A stretch of DNA of 64,000 nucleotides, taken from Candidatus Melainabacteria bacterium 17Bon1m. GTDB lineage: Bacteria > Cyanobacteriota > Vampirovibrionia > Obscuribacterales > Obscuribacteraceae. The DNA lies in the NCBI GenBank assembly GCA_032128875.1, contig JAVLKG010000003.1:321008-385007 (forward strand), given 5' to 3'. Each line of letters begins with the position of its first letter. Position 1 is the stretch's first letter. Under the pieces are notes generated by a model. That model saw nothing but the letters and a program-made list of their open reading frames with translations, had not been told where the DNA came from and searched no databases. Positions 31,374-41,303 of this stretch are shown piece after piece. The translations under genes and the position numbers were made by a program.

Positions 31374-32114
31374 TTGCCGATTGTCGCGTTTCTATTATTT
31401 GCTTTCATAGCATTCTGCATTGTCTGCAGTGTCACAGGCATATTTGTTCTGGGACTGAGCTGGCACAAAATTGCGGGCTACTTAAAGGCGCGCCGTGAGC
31501 GGGATTTGATCGCCCTGCGCGGTTATCACGGACGACTTTCGTTAGTGGTTAGCGAGCTTCTCTCAAGGGCGAATGAACTAGATCAGCAGTCGAAATATTT
31601 GCCGGCAGAAACCGAAGCAGAATGGAATAGAGTGTATGAAAAGCTGGGCCGCGCCCTTGTTTTGATGGGCGACACGCTAACACTTATTAGAGAACGCCTT
31701 GAGGAAAAGAATGTCAAAAGTGGGCGGGAAGTGACATTGCTTCTCTGCAGGGAAGCGACATGGGTAAGCAGGAGGTTGCTTAGCTTCGAGCAAAAGCTGC
31801 TCTCTGCAGAGAGGAAACAAGTCGAACACATCAAAGCTGTGCAAGAAGCGCAAGTCAGGCAGGAAGCACTGGACGCGCAGGACGCGCAAGCTGCGCCAGG
31901 TATAGCTACTCCTGAGGTGCATGTGAGTCTAGAAACTCAGATAACGCTGATAACCGAAATAACAGACCAGCTGAGCGAAATGTCGGACGGCGCCTTATTA
32001 ATTGAAGATAGCGATAGATCTACCAACGATGTAGATAAGCCGGCAAAGGCAAAGGATACGCCCGATCGTAGTACTACCGGCGATGGTGGCAACTCGGATG
32101 ACAGTGGAAAGTAG
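31374..32114 (+). CDS. hypothetical membrane-anchored helical protein
   Basis: N-terminal TM segment followed by a coiled-coil-like region and an acidic tail. Confidence 0.65.
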   Translation: MPIVAFLLFAFIAFCIVCSVTGIFVLGLSWHKIAGYLKARRERDLIALRGYHGRLSLVVSELLSRANELDQQSKYLPAETEAEWNRVYEKLGRALVLMGDTLTLIRERLEEKNVKSGREVTLLLCREATWVSRRLLSFEQKLLSAERKQVEHIKAVQEAQVRQEALDAQDAQAAPGIATPEVHVSLETQITLITEITDQLSEMSDGALLIEDSDRSTNDVDKPAKAKDTPDRSTTGDGGNSDDSGK

Positions 32115-32710
32115 GGTATCGAAAAACTTCTAGTTTGCGTTGCGTCGCTTTTAGCGCTAGTCGCAAGTGCTTCGCAAGAACTCGAACAGAAGTTAGCTGA
32201 TTTGCGTCGCTGCCATCAATTCGGGATGTCTGCTCAGAGCGCAATTGCGTGATGGCAAAAAGGCATACCTCGTGATCTGCGTCGGTGTTTCGCTCAGTTT
32301 CGCCAACCGTGAAAATGCTCTTCGCTTCAGTGAAGTACGAGTCTCTGTAATAGCATGCCACGTCTATAAGACCTTGATGTGTTGATGTTATTGGCTTGGC
32401 GGTCGGTCTAAGAAGTTGGTTTACGTATGTCGAGTAGTAGAGAAAAACGCTACTGGTAGCGCCACTACTTTTGGTGCCTCTACAGGCAGAGAAAAGTAGC
32501 TGCTGACAACATTTAATCCTAGATTTTGACTGGAAGTATGCACGGCGAAAAGTTTTTCCTGCATAATGAAAGAGAAGGATATTCCACGAACAGAACCCGT
32601 GACCGAAGTTGAGTTTGTTCTCGCACATTGCTGTGCGAGTTTGAATTCAAACTGTTTCGGGCGAACACTGCTGGACTCGCTTACGTACGCATAAGGGAGG
32701 ACATTTTGTT

Positions 32711-33646
32711 ATGTCAAAAAAGAGAAACGATAAGAAAAAAAACCATTCTAAAGCCGCAGCAGTTAGCCAAGTTAGCGATGTCCAAGAGGCAGCGCCCGAA
32801 GCGACGAACGGCAACGAAGAAGTGAAAACAGAAGACGTAGCAGCGGAAGCTGCCGAAGCGCCGGAATGCGCTGATAAGGCTGATGAATGCTGCGACGAGA
32901 AAGCAGAAGAAACATGCGAAGAAAAGTCGGAAGATGCTTGCGATGAAAAGTCGGAAGAATCTTGCGAAGAAAAATCCGATGAATCTGGTGAAGAAAAGTC
33001 GGAAGACGCAGAAGAAGAGAAAGCTGAAGACTCCGAAGAAGAAAAGGCTGAAGATGCCGGAGAAGAGAAAGCCGAAGACGCTGAAGAAGAGAAGGCTGAA
33101 GATGCCGGAGACGACCAAGGCGAAGAAGCTGGAGAAGAAAAGGCTGAAGACGAAGGCTCCGAAGATGTAGAGCCTACGGGCGAAGCCGACGGTGAAGAAA
33201 AGTCTGAAGACGAAAGCGGCGGTGGTGAAGAAGAGTCCGAAGAAAAATCGGAAGAGCCGACTGCTGAATCCGATGAAGAAGAAAAAGCAGAAGACGCTGA
33301 TGAATCGGAAGAGAAAGAAGACTCCGGTGAGGAAAGCGAAAAGGTAGTTGCTGACGCCGAGGGCGATGACGAGTCCAAGGAAGAAGAGGCTCCTGCTGCT
33401 GAAACTGAAAGCGAAGAGTCGGAAGACAAAGCTGAAGACTCAGACGAGAAAGAAGAAGACGAAGTCGCCGCCGAGTCTGAAGACTCGGACGAAAAAGACG
33501 AAGACGAAGTCGCCGCCGAATCTGAAGAATCGGACGAGAAAGAAGAAGACGAAGTCGCTGCTGAATCTGAAGAAGAAACAGAAGCAAAAGGCGACGAAGA
33601 AACCAAAGAAGGAGATGAAGAGAAAAAAGATACCGAAGCTGCTTAA
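32711..33646 (+). CDS. extremely acidic low-complexity repeat protein
   Basis: AAGGGAGG RBS, basic N-terminus, Glu/Asp-dominated 8-aa and 15-aa repeats, terminator downstream. Confidence 0.75.
   Translation: MSKKRNDKKKNHSKAAAVSQVSDVQEAAPEATNGNEEVKTEDVAAEAAEAPECADKADECCDEKAEETCEEKSEDACDEKSEESCEEKSDESGEEKSEDAEEEKAEDSEEEKAEDAGEEKAEDAEEEKAEDAGDDQGEEAGEEKAEDEGSEDVEPTGEADGEEKSEDESGGGEEESEEKSEEPTAESDEEEKAEDADESEEKEDSGEESEKVVADAEGDDESKEEEAPAAETESEESEDKAEDSDEKEEDEVAAESEDSDEKDEDEVAAESEESDEKEEDEVAAESEEETEAKGDEETKEGDEEKKDTEAA
33437..33571 (+). repeat. 3 x 45-bp coding tandem repeat
   Basis: Encodes [DE]SDEK[ED]EDEVAAESE three times. Confidence 0.85.
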
Positions 33647-33702
33647 CGCAGCATAGGCATTCGACAATTTTTCCACCCGGAGAAATCCGATCACACCACT
33701 GC

Positions 33703-33731
33703 AAAGGGGGGACATTTTTGTCCCTCCTTTT
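33703..33731 (+). terminator. intrinsic terminator
   Basis: AAAGGGGGGACA-TTTT-TGTCCCTCCTTTT. Confidence 0.65.
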
Positions 33732-33823
33732 CAAATTTAATGTAGTTTGACCCCGTCAATCATCGGGCAAGACTTTAGTAGAAAGTGCGGCGAAAGCTAT
33801 AAACCAGGAAAGTGAGGTTGGCT

Positions 33824-34270
33824 ATGTACGGAGAGTACAAACGCAACTGGTCTACAGACGAGGTTTGGATGAACCCGGCGGTTCATGAGAATTATCCGGA
33901 ATGGAAAAAAGCTCGTGACAGACGCCGGAAATTTAAGCCAAGCGACGTGACCTTTTTGAATCAACACGGTGATCGCTTCTCTAAAGACGGAGACGGCCGA
34001 GTTACTATGTTCCGCTATAGAGATATCGAGACTTTGTACTCGATTTCGTACGATGAGAGAGGCGACGTTTCCTCAATCAGCAGCTCGGCGGGCTGGACTT
34101 GGACGAGACTGGATGAAGGTGCCTGTCGCGCATGGTTGATTCGCAACTATTTCGATGCCTGGCAGGTTGAAGAAAGAGAATGCGGAGAAGTTTTGGTTGA
34201 CGAAGAAGGCATTAAGTGCACCACAGGTGGTACTAGTGTTCTTGGTTTGCCGGAGCGCCCAGGCAACTGA
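33824..34270 (+). CDS. hypothetical protein (Trp-rich, beta-strand pattern)
   Basis: ORF with GAGG RBS before ATG 33824; followed by a hairpin. Confidence 0.6.
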   Translation: MYGEYKRNWSTDEVWMNPAVHENYPEWKKARDRRRKFKPSDVTFLNQHGDRFSKDGDGRVTMFRYRDIETLYSISYDERGDVSSISSSAGWTWTRLDEGACRAWLIRNYFDAWQVEERECGEVLVDEEGIKCTTGGTSVLGLPERPGN

Positions 34271-34310
34271 CACCTGCGAAACTCGCCCAGAAAAAATTGA
34301 TTTTGTTTGG

Positions 34311-34341
34311 AAAGAGAGCCCTCCTTACCGGGCTCTCTTTT
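34311..34341 (+). terminator. intrinsic terminator (possibly bidirectional)
   Basis: AAAGAGAGCCC-N8-GGGCTCTCTTTT. Confidence 0.65.
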
Positions 34342-34537
34342 GCTTCCGAGGGGTTCGTCCAGCCGTAATCTGAGCCTTTTTGTTTCCAAGAATCAGCGAA
34401 TCCCTGTATTGGTGGTAATCTATATAGCTCAACAGACCCGGCCGTCACTGTTTTGGCGGTTTGCGATCTCAAGTGATGGCGCGTTCTTAGCGAAGCGCCG
34501 AAAAATTTTGTCTACAAGCGCATTCGAGGAATGAAAG

Positions 34538-35644
34538 ATGGTTGTGACAGCTTTGAAAGAAACGCCACTAGCAGCGGTGCACAAAAGTTTGGGTGCAAGA
34601 ATGGTGGAGTTTGGTGGATGGAATATGCCTGTTCGCTACAAGTCTGACATTCAAGAACACCAGGCAGTGCGCAACAAAGTTGGTCTCTTCGATGTTTCAC
34701 ACATGGGCGAATTCCTCGTCTCTGGTGATGATGCTCACGACTTTGTTCAGTACATGATTGCCAACGATGTTAATCGTTTGAGCAAGCCGAATATGGCTCT
34801 GTACACGCAGTTCGTCAACGAGGAAGGTGGCACCGTCGACGATCTGATTGTGTACCGCAGAGAGAACGATTTCTTACTCGTTGTAAATGCTTCCAATATG
34901 GAAAAAGATTGGAATTGGGTGCAAAAGCATGCTGGCAAGTACAAGAATTTGAATTTGAAAAACGTTTCCAACGACACTGCCCTGCTGGCGCTGCAAGGTC
35001 CTAAGGCTGTGCAATTGCTTTCCGACGTAGTTGGAAAAGATTTGAGTGGCTTGCCGAGTTTTTCCTATTCGCAGGAGAAAGCGGACGGACTTGAAATCAG
35101 TTTTGGCAGAACCGGCTACACGGGCGAAGACGGCTTTGAAATCTTCTGTGCTACGGGTGATGCAGAGAAGCTGTGGAACTTGCTTTTAGCTAAAGGTGAG
35201 AAATACGGTATCGAACCGTGCGGTTTGGGCGCTCGCGACACGCTGCGACTGGAAGCCGGTCTTCCTTTGTACGGTCATGAACTTGACGATCAAACAGGTC
35301 CACTGGAAGCCGGCCTTGGCTGGAGCGTAAAACTTGAAAAGGGCGATTTCATTGGCCGCGATAAGTTGAAGGCGCAAAAGGAAAAGGGCGTGCCTAAACA
35401 ATGCGTATGTCTGAGAAGTGAAGGAAAAGCACTTCCGAGACAAGGCTATGAAGTCTGGTCCGGAGGTAAGCAAGTCGGTGTTGTAACCAGCGGCTCAACT
35501 GGCATTCACGTTGGTTATCCAATTGCGTTTGCTTATGTTCCGCCTGAGTTGGCAAAAGAAGGTAATCAACTCGAGATCAAAATCCGCGACAATATGGTGG
35601 TAGCGCATGTGGTGCGTCGCCCTTGGTACAAACGCGCGAAGTAA
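34538..35644 (+). CDS. gcvT: glycine cleavage system aminomethyltransferase T
   Basis: FGGWNMP, GLFDVSHMG, RTGYTGEDGFE and GLGARDTLRLEAG. Confidence 0.97.
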   Translation: MVVTALKETPLAAVHKSLGARMVEFGGWNMPVRYKSDIQEHQAVRNKVGLFDVSHMGEFLVSGDDAHDFVQYMIANDVNRLSKPNMALYTQFVNEEGGTVDDLIVYRRENDFLLVVNASNMEKDWNWVQKHAGKYKNLNLKNVSNDTALLALQGPKAVQLLSDVVGKDLSGLPSFSYSQEKADGLEISFGRTGYTGEDGFEIFCATGDAEKLWNLLLAKGEKYGIEPCGLGARDTLRLEAGLPLYGHELDDQTGPLEAGLGWSVKLEKGDFIGRDKLKAQKEKGVPKQCVCLRSEGKALPRQGYEVWSGGKQVGVVTSGSTGIHVGYPIAFAYVPPELAKEGNQLEIKIRDNMVVAHVVRRPWYKRAK

Positions 35645-35674
35645 ACTCTCAGAACGCCGACGGCTCGCCGGCTC

Positions 35675-35699
35675 CGGTCGGCATTAATGCCACCCCTAC
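35675..35699 (-). repeat. degenerate single GTAG REP-like hairpin
   Basis: Minus strand GTAGGGGTGGCATTAATGCCGACCG between convergent genes. Confidence 0.4.
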
Positions 35700-35735
35700 A
35701 GCAAGCATTGACGAACAATTGAAAGAGCGCAGCGT

Positions 35736-36041
35736 TCAAATTATGATCACTCGCTGAACGAAATTGTTCGGCTCCTGCGGATCGTCTGGTCCGAAGTAGA
35801 GAGGATTGATTTCGAGCGACCTCATCAGTTGTGCGATGAATTGATTGCTCTCATTTATGTCCGATTTGATTCTGTGTGCGTCAGTGCGGAAAGGGTCGCT
35901 CTTGCGGCATCCGCAGTTGTGGCTATGCACGTGACCGGCAGAATTCTGCCATGCATCTGCCTGCCCGAAGGCTACTAAATTGCTCACACATGCCTGATTT
36001 CTAGTGCAGTTTTGCAGCGAAGGAAGTAACGAAGAGTCCAT
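35736..36041 (-). CDS. small hypothetical protein with HVHSHNCGC motif
   Basis: ORF antisense to and between gcvT and gcvH; His/Cys cluster; no family recognised. Confidence 0.4.
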   Translation of the reverse strand: MDSSLLPSLQNCTRNQACVSNLVAFGQADAWQNSAGHVHSHNCGCRKSDPFRTDAHRIKSDINESNQFIAQLMRSLEINPLYFGPDDPQEPNNFVQRVIII

Positions 36042-36377
36042 ATGAAACACAAAGTGTCGCTACGGAGAGAATGTCGAGAACTTTTGCCGGGATTGCGATA
36101 CGCATTTCAAAACTCACTTTCTAGTACATAGTTTTCAGGACGGACGCCCGTCCGATGTGTTCCTTAACGTAACGTCGATGTTAATTAGGGAGATTTGCGA
36201 AAAGATTTCCAAAATTAGATCCAATATCTAGGCAGGCAAGAATTACAGGCGCTTTCGTATGGTGTTAAGATCTTGATTCTGCTGCTGAAGAGGCCGTTTA
36301 TGGCGGGTGCCAAGAGCCTCTTAGCATTTGCAGCAGGTCACGCTCGAAACCCAGAAAGAAATAGACGGAGAATCCGC

Positions 36378-36761
36378 ATGCTCTCATACCCAGCCGAATT
36401 GAAGTACGTCAAATCTCACGAATACGTGCGTGTTGAAGGTGACACGGCGACAATTGGTATTACTGCGTTTGCGGCCGACCAATTGGGTGATGTCACGTTT
36501 GTCGAGCTTCCGAAGGTCGGACAATCATTTAAGAATGAAGAGAAATTCGGCGTCATTGAGTCGGTAAAGTCGGTTTCTGACCTCTTCATGCCTTGCGGCG
36601 GTGAGGTTACGGCTGTTAATGACAAGCTTTCTTCCGAGCCAGAGCTCGTCAATAGCGACTGCTACGGTGAAGGCTGGATGATCAAAGTGAAGCTCTCCAA
36701 TAAGGAAGAGCTGAATGAAGCCCTTTCCGCTGACGCTTATAAAGATTTCGTAGTCGAATAG
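36378..36761 (+). CDS. gcvH: glycine cleavage system H protein
   Basis: HEYVRV, GITAFAADQLGD, IESVKSVSD (lipoyl-Lys) and YGEGWMIK; start at ATG 36378 with GGAG RBS. Confidence 0.97.
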   Translation: MLSYPAELKYVKSHEYVRVEGDTATIGITAFAADQLGDVTFVELPKVGQSFKNEEKFGVIESVKSVSDLFMPCGGEVTAVNDKLSSEPELVNSDCYGEGWMIKVKLSNKEELNEALSADAYKDFVVE

Positions 36762-36967
36762 AGCTAGAAAATGCTCACCGACCCGTTTTCGGGACAGGTG
36801 CCCATTTTTCGACCTTGTTATAAAGAGCCGTAGAACCGTTTGTTATCAACGGTTCAGGTATGTTGCAAGTATTTCAAATAGATTATTAAGGCTTGGTGAG
36901 ATCTGCCCGACCAGTACTACATTGGTTGCAGGGCAACCCAATTCGTTGGCACTCGGGAGGAGAGAAC

Positions 36968-37270
36968 ATGCACATCTCTCTGGTAAGAAGGACAATAGAT
37001 CCAATCATCGCCGCCACGGCAGCCACGTTAATGTGCGCTGTTGCAGCTAATTCGCAGATTGTGGTTTCGCAAGAAAGTGGCGAAAATCCAAGCCTGATGA
37101 CCAAATTGAAGGCGAGCGAACGCTTCGTTCCAGACGTAGTTCTTTATGAAAAGGCGCCGGTGTCGCGCCCCGCTGTTGATACACACTTGATCAACAAGCT
37201 GGTGAAGGCACGTCAGACGACATCTACACCGAAAAGTTTTGCGCAACTGCCGGGACACGGCGTTCAATAA
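36968..37270 (+). CDS. small secreted hypothetical protein
   Basis: GGAGGAG RBS before ATG 36968; signal-peptide-like segment. Confidence 0.5.
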   Translation: MHISLVRRTIDPIIAATAATLMCAVAANSQIVVSQESGENPSLMTKLKASERFVPDVVLYEKAPVSRPAVDTHLINKLVKARQTTSTPKSFAQLPGHGVQ

Positions 37271-37307
37271 CGCCACACACGGCACTTAGAGCTTTCTTTG
37301 CCAATAA

Positions 37308-38132
37308 CTAAGGACTGGCGTCTTTTGCGTCGTCGTCCGGAACGATAGGCTTATCTTCTTTGACTTCCGGGTCGCTAGGATCCGCGTCATGCGACGCTCC
37401 ACCTTCAAGTTGAAGCTTTGGAGGTGGGGAGTTATCGCGCAACAGGTCCTGCGCAAGCTCAAAATAGCCGGAGCCGGGTCTGATTTCCTGTAGTTCGTCT
37501 ATAGCCGACTGGTCTTCCCTATTGGTTTCTAGCTTGTTAATGGCATCAAGGTAGAGCGCACGGTTAAGCAATTCGACCGAATCTTCTGAGCCGGCAATAT
37601 TGAAGAAGCCGGGTAGCGGCGTGCCTTTGAGCAATCCAATCGCAGCCTTGTAGTTCTGCTGATTGATGCTTTGTTTGGCAGAATGCGTGATGTAAATCTT
37701 GAACATTCCTATGGAAAAGCCAGCCATAGCTACAAGTAGCCCGCAGGCGAGGATGACGTCCAAAAATAACGGATGCTTAAAGCCGTGATGGCCAGAAGTT
37801 TCGTCGACGGGTTCGTCAAGAACGGCGTCTAGAATGCGTGAAACTCTCTGCTGCTGCATGTGCTCAGGCTTGCGGTCAACGATTTTAGAGACTTCTGGCT
37901 GTGAATCTTCTGCTTTGCTCTCAAGGGCGCTTTCCTGCGCGCTAAGCGGCGCGCTGGCAGCTTCGGAGTCCTCGACTTTTGCATGTTCAGTTGCAGCAGA
38001 TTCGGTTGTTTCTTCTTCTTTCGGCGCCGGATTTATCTGAGACTTCTTGGGTGACTCAGATTCGTTGCCCTTGGGCTTCTTGCCCTTAGCGCCCTTTCCG
38101 TTTGAACCGCCGCCTTTTTTGGCTTCAGCCAC
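37308..38132 (-). CDS. hypothetical bitopic membrane protein with disordered N-terminus
   Basis: GTG start with GAGG RBS; one TM segment (VILACGLLVAMAGFSIGMF). Confidence 0.7.
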   Translation of the reverse strand: MAEAKKGGGSNGKGAKGKKPKGNESESPKKSQINPAPKEEETTESAATEHAKVEDSEAASAPLSAQESALESKAEDSQPEVSKIVDRKPEHMQQQRVSRILDAVLDEPVDETSGHHGFKHPLFLDVILACGLLVAMAGFSIGMFKIYITHSAKQSINQQNYKAAIGLLKGTPLPGFFNIAGSEDSVELLNRALYLDAINKLETNREDQSAIDELQEIRPGSGYFELAQDLLRDNSPPPKLQLEGGASHDADPSDPEVKEDKPIVPDDDAKDASP

Positions 38133-38283
38133 CTCTAAACCCTCAGTATGCTTGATTCACGGGTCTCCAGCATTCCTCTAACTACCTTAGCACGGACGAA
38201 TGATGGAATGTTCATGATAGCCTACGCCCGGTACTGGGCGGGCTTTTGTGGCTTGCTCGGCGTCTGATAACGAGCTTGTTTTG

Positions 38284-40083
38284 CTACTTTATTTCGTTAG
38301 CCAGCTTCGTTAGACGATCTTTACGCGTCTGATCGCTGGTTGTAACCAGTCTTTTATTCAGTTCTGCCAGAACTTTTTCTTTATGACCTTGCTGAGAAAG
38401 GGACTTGAGAGACCTATTCGCCTCTTTCCACAGGGACGATTCTTTTGCAATCGCCATAGCGGCCACGTCTTCTATAAGTGATGGATCGTCAAACACTGCC
38501 GCTGCTTCGATGGCTGTTTGCCGGACAAGAGTTGATGGATCTTTGAACGCCTCAAGAAGGATCGAGCGTAATGCGGTTTCCTTTTCTGTGGACAGTTTCA
38601 AACCTTTGCCAACAGAAACAAGCGATGACAGCGCCTTTTCGCGCTTGTCTGGTGCATGGTCTTGAACAGCGGACAACAAATACTCAAACGATTGGTCTGT
38701 TTTCACATTGCCGAGAGCGCGTAAAACGTGCCAGTAAGTGACGCTTTCTTTGGGGCGCACTTCAACAACAGGCTGTGCGCTTGCTGCTTTTGTGGCTCTC
38801 TGCTCCTGGTTAACTGCACGTCGCCCGATCTGAATAAGCCTTTCAGCCGATGAAGCGGAGCCGATTTTTCCGATTGCTTCAATCGCCGAGTCTGCATAAA
38901 GTGAATCTTCATGTGACGCTAATTCTTCCAGTTTTTTCAACTGCGATTCGTCTTTCAACTCTCCAAGCAGTTGGATAAGGCAGGCACCTTCAAGGTCTTT
39001 GATTGCATTGCTATGTTCTTTTTGCCAGGTATGAGCAGCAAATTTTTCACTTAAGCGATTTTTTGTTGCGTCAGAAAGAAGAGTTGTTTTTGTATCTTCC
39101 AGTATTTTTTGATCTAATGCAGAGCGGTCGTCAACGTCGATATTCAGCCGGTTTGTTTCAATCCAATCAATTAGATTTAGGGTGGCGCGTAATCGCAATG
39201 CTGATTCATTTTCTCTGGCGAGTTTTACCGCATCTTCAAAACACGATGGAAGGTCGAACGCCATCAATTGTTCTGGTTGAAATGCCTTGTGAGCCGGTGC
39301 GCAAAGTGCTAACAGCATAGCCATGCCGCCGTTTTGGACAGTCTGTCTATCATCTTTCAGAAATGTCGCAGGTTTGTGATGGCGCGCTGCAGCGACTGCT
39401 GCATAGTCGGAAAGATTGTTTACTGACGTTAGTGCCGTGCTTAAAATCTCAGCGACCTGAGCGAATGGCCATCTTGCTATCGCGTTGATGCAGTCCACGC
39501 GAAACCAGGGCTCATCAGCAAACATGTATTCTTCAACCGCACTCAAAGCTGCTGGCGTTTTAATTTCGGCAAGAGCAAGCACAGTGTGACAAAACGCACT
39601 TTTGGCACTGCCTGCGGTATCGTTCAAAGATTTTGTCAATACGTTTACTGCATTCGCATCTCCGACGTAGGCGATTAGCGTAGCCGCATTGGCTCTCACT
39701 CTCCAGTCTTCTGCAAAAGGCGGATTTTGATTTGGTGCGAGCATGCCGTCGCTGTTGTCTGGCATCAGGCACCGGATGATTGCCTCTTTTTGTGTATTTT
39801 TGATTTCCGCTGCAATTGCCTTTAATTTGTCTTCCCAAAAGAGCGGCATCAATTTGAGCGTGATGCCCATTTGCAGGCTGCTCTTGTTCTTCACTGCGGA
39901 AAGAAAGTCCGCGCGCACATCCTTAAATGACCGCTGGCCCTCGGGGCTGCTGCCTATCAATCCGTGATACAGCAAAAAATGTTCCAACTCAAAATCTTCA
40001 ATCTCAACTGCCGACTTTTCTCCGAATCGAGAAAACGTCTGATTGAATCGCTTTACAATGCGCTGGAAAAGTGTGAGTGCCAT
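38284..40083 (-). CDS. HEAT/PBS-lyase repeat protein
   Basis: Repeated patterns DWRVRANAA, PWFRVDCINAI, AIEAIGKIG and DPSTLVRQTAIEA. Confidence 0.8.
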   Translation of the reverse strand: MALTLFQRIVKRFNQTFSRFGEKSAVEIEDFELEHFLLYHGLIGSSPEGQRSFKDVRADFLSAVKNKSSLQMGITLKLMPLFWEDKLKAIAAEIKNTQKEAIIRCLMPDNSDGMLAPNQNPPFAEDWRVRANAATLIAYVGDANAVNVLTKSLNDTAGSAKSAFCHTVLALAEIKTPAALSAVEEYMFADEPWFRVDCINAIARWPFAQVAEILSTALTSVNNLSDYAAVAAARHHKPATFLKDDRQTVQNGGMAMLLALCAPAHKAFQPEQLMAFDLPSCFEDAVKLARENESALRLRATLNLIDWIETNRLNIDVDDRSALDQKILEDTKTTLLSDATKNRLSEKFAAHTWQKEHSNAIKDLEGACLIQLLGELKDESQLKKLEELASHEDSLYADSAIEAIGKIGSASSAERLIQIGRRAVNQEQRATKAASAQPVVEVRPKESVTYWHVLRALGNVKTDQSFEYLLSAVQDHAPDKREKALSSLVSVGKGLKLSTEKETALRSILLEAFKDPSTLVRQTAIEAAAVFDDPSLIEDVAAMAIAKESSLWKEANRSLKSLSQQGHKEKVLAELNKRLVTTSDQTRKDRLTKLANEIK

Positions 40084-40190
40084 GTTGCCATCGTTTGGTA
40101 GGAATTGCCGCAGAGCTTATCACGCTTGGGCTCGCGTGCGCGTCGCCTTAGCTCTGCGATAATAATGTTCTTTCAAGCAAAGCAGATTCT

Positions 40191-41234
40191 ATGGATTTTC
40201 ATACTCTCGATCCTATATTTTCCGAAATCTCCCGTCTGGCTACATCCGACGAGTATGCCGTACCTTTCTGGGCGGCGATTTTATGGCTTTTGCTGTTGCT
40301 TAACAGGCGCGCGTCACTTCGTCTAATTTGGCGCAAGCTCCACATATTTCAGGACAGCACTCTCGAAACCGAAGCTTATTCCAAGATCAATGCTCCTCTG
40401 CAAGCCTTTCTGTTGCTGCTTGCCGGATTTCCCTTCCTTCGGCTTTTGCCGCACGGTATCGGGAAAAACCTTACGCCGCTTGCGATTTGTATAACAGCAT
40501 TTCTGGGGTTGCACGTATTTGTTTGTGCCCTGGACCTGGCGCTATTTGGCTGGTTTTTCGCAAAGAGGCAGGATGCAAACGTTCCTTCCATTTTTCGCTT
40601 TGTCGTTCTGACGGCTGTCTATGTTGGCGTGGGCTTGATTTTGCTCAACGTCACGCTTGGCATCAATATTATGCCTTTGCTGGCAACATCGACCATCATC
40701 ACGGCCGTCTTTGGTTTTGCGCTGCAAGACACCTTAAAAAATCTCTTCTCAGGGCTAACCATGAGCTTTGAAAAGCGCTTCAAGCAAGGCGATTGGATTC
40801 AAGTGGGTACTGATCCAGCGACGGCAACACTGGGGCAGGTTGTGGAAATCGGCTGGCGTTCTACTAAAGTGCGTTTGAAAGATGATGATTTTGCGGTTAT
40901 TCCAAATCAGCAATGTACCGCCAGTCTGCTCGTCAACTTGACTTCGCCGAAGTCCACACACCTGATTTCTGTTGACTTTCCGGTCAAGCATAAGGTGGAT
41001 GTTGAAAAGCTGCGGAAGACTCTTGTAAAGCTTGCGTCTGGTGTAGAAGGTGTCGTGAAAGAGCCGCCTGTAGAGCTTTTGGCGGTCGGCATTAAGACCG
41101 ACCATTTGATTTTACGGCTCAGATTCTGGATTGAAGACCTGCTTAAGAAGGACCACGTGCAGTCCGAGATTATTGAAAAGACGTACAAAAAGCTTGCTGA
41201 AGATGACCTTCTGCCCCCGAGCGACAGCAAGTGA
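40191..41234 (+). CDS. small-conductance mechanosensitive channel (MscS family)
   Basis: GFALQDTLKNLFSG, FKQGDWI, IGWRSTK and IPN. Confidence 0.92.
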   Translation: MDFHTLDPIFSEISRLATSDEYAVPFWAAILWLLLLLNRRASLRLIWRKLHIFQDSTLETEAYSKINAPLQAFLLLLAGFPFLRLLPHGIGKNLTPLAICITAFLGLHVFVCALDLALFGWFFAKRQDANVPSIFRFVVLTAVYVGVGLILLNVTLGINIMPLLATSTIITAVFGFALQDTLKNLFSGLTMSFEKRFKQGDWIQVGTDPATATLGQVVEIGWRSTKVRLKDDDFAVIPNQQCTASLLVNLTSPKSTHLISVDFPVKHKVDVEKLRKTLVKLASGVEGVVKEPPVELLAVGIKTDHLILRLRFWIEDLLKKDHVQSEIIEKTYKKLAEDDLLPPSDSK

Positions 41235-41303
41235 TGAGTGATAAAATCTTGCTTTGAACCTGGATTGGTCGGGTTGTAGTGGTCCGCGGCGAAAGCCCGC
41301 GTT

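Noticed and set aside
32074-32628. 184-aa ORF on the minus strand in the gap before the acidic gene
   Set aside because: No recognisable motif or clear RBS, and it overlaps the neighbouring gene end. A shorter real gene cannot be excluded.
32880-33571. Possible CRISPR array in the repeated region
   Set aside because: The repeats are in-frame coding tandem repeats without unique spacers, and no cas genes are present.
32647-33606. 319-aa Ser-rich ORF on the minus strand, and other overlapping frames
   Set aside because: Antisense shadow of the GAA-rich acidic gene, which has the RBS and terminator.
34271-34537. Glycine riboswitch upstream of gcvT
   Set aside because: The conserved GGAGA...CCGAAG...CTCTCAGG elements are not recognisable; only a terminator hairpin is seen.
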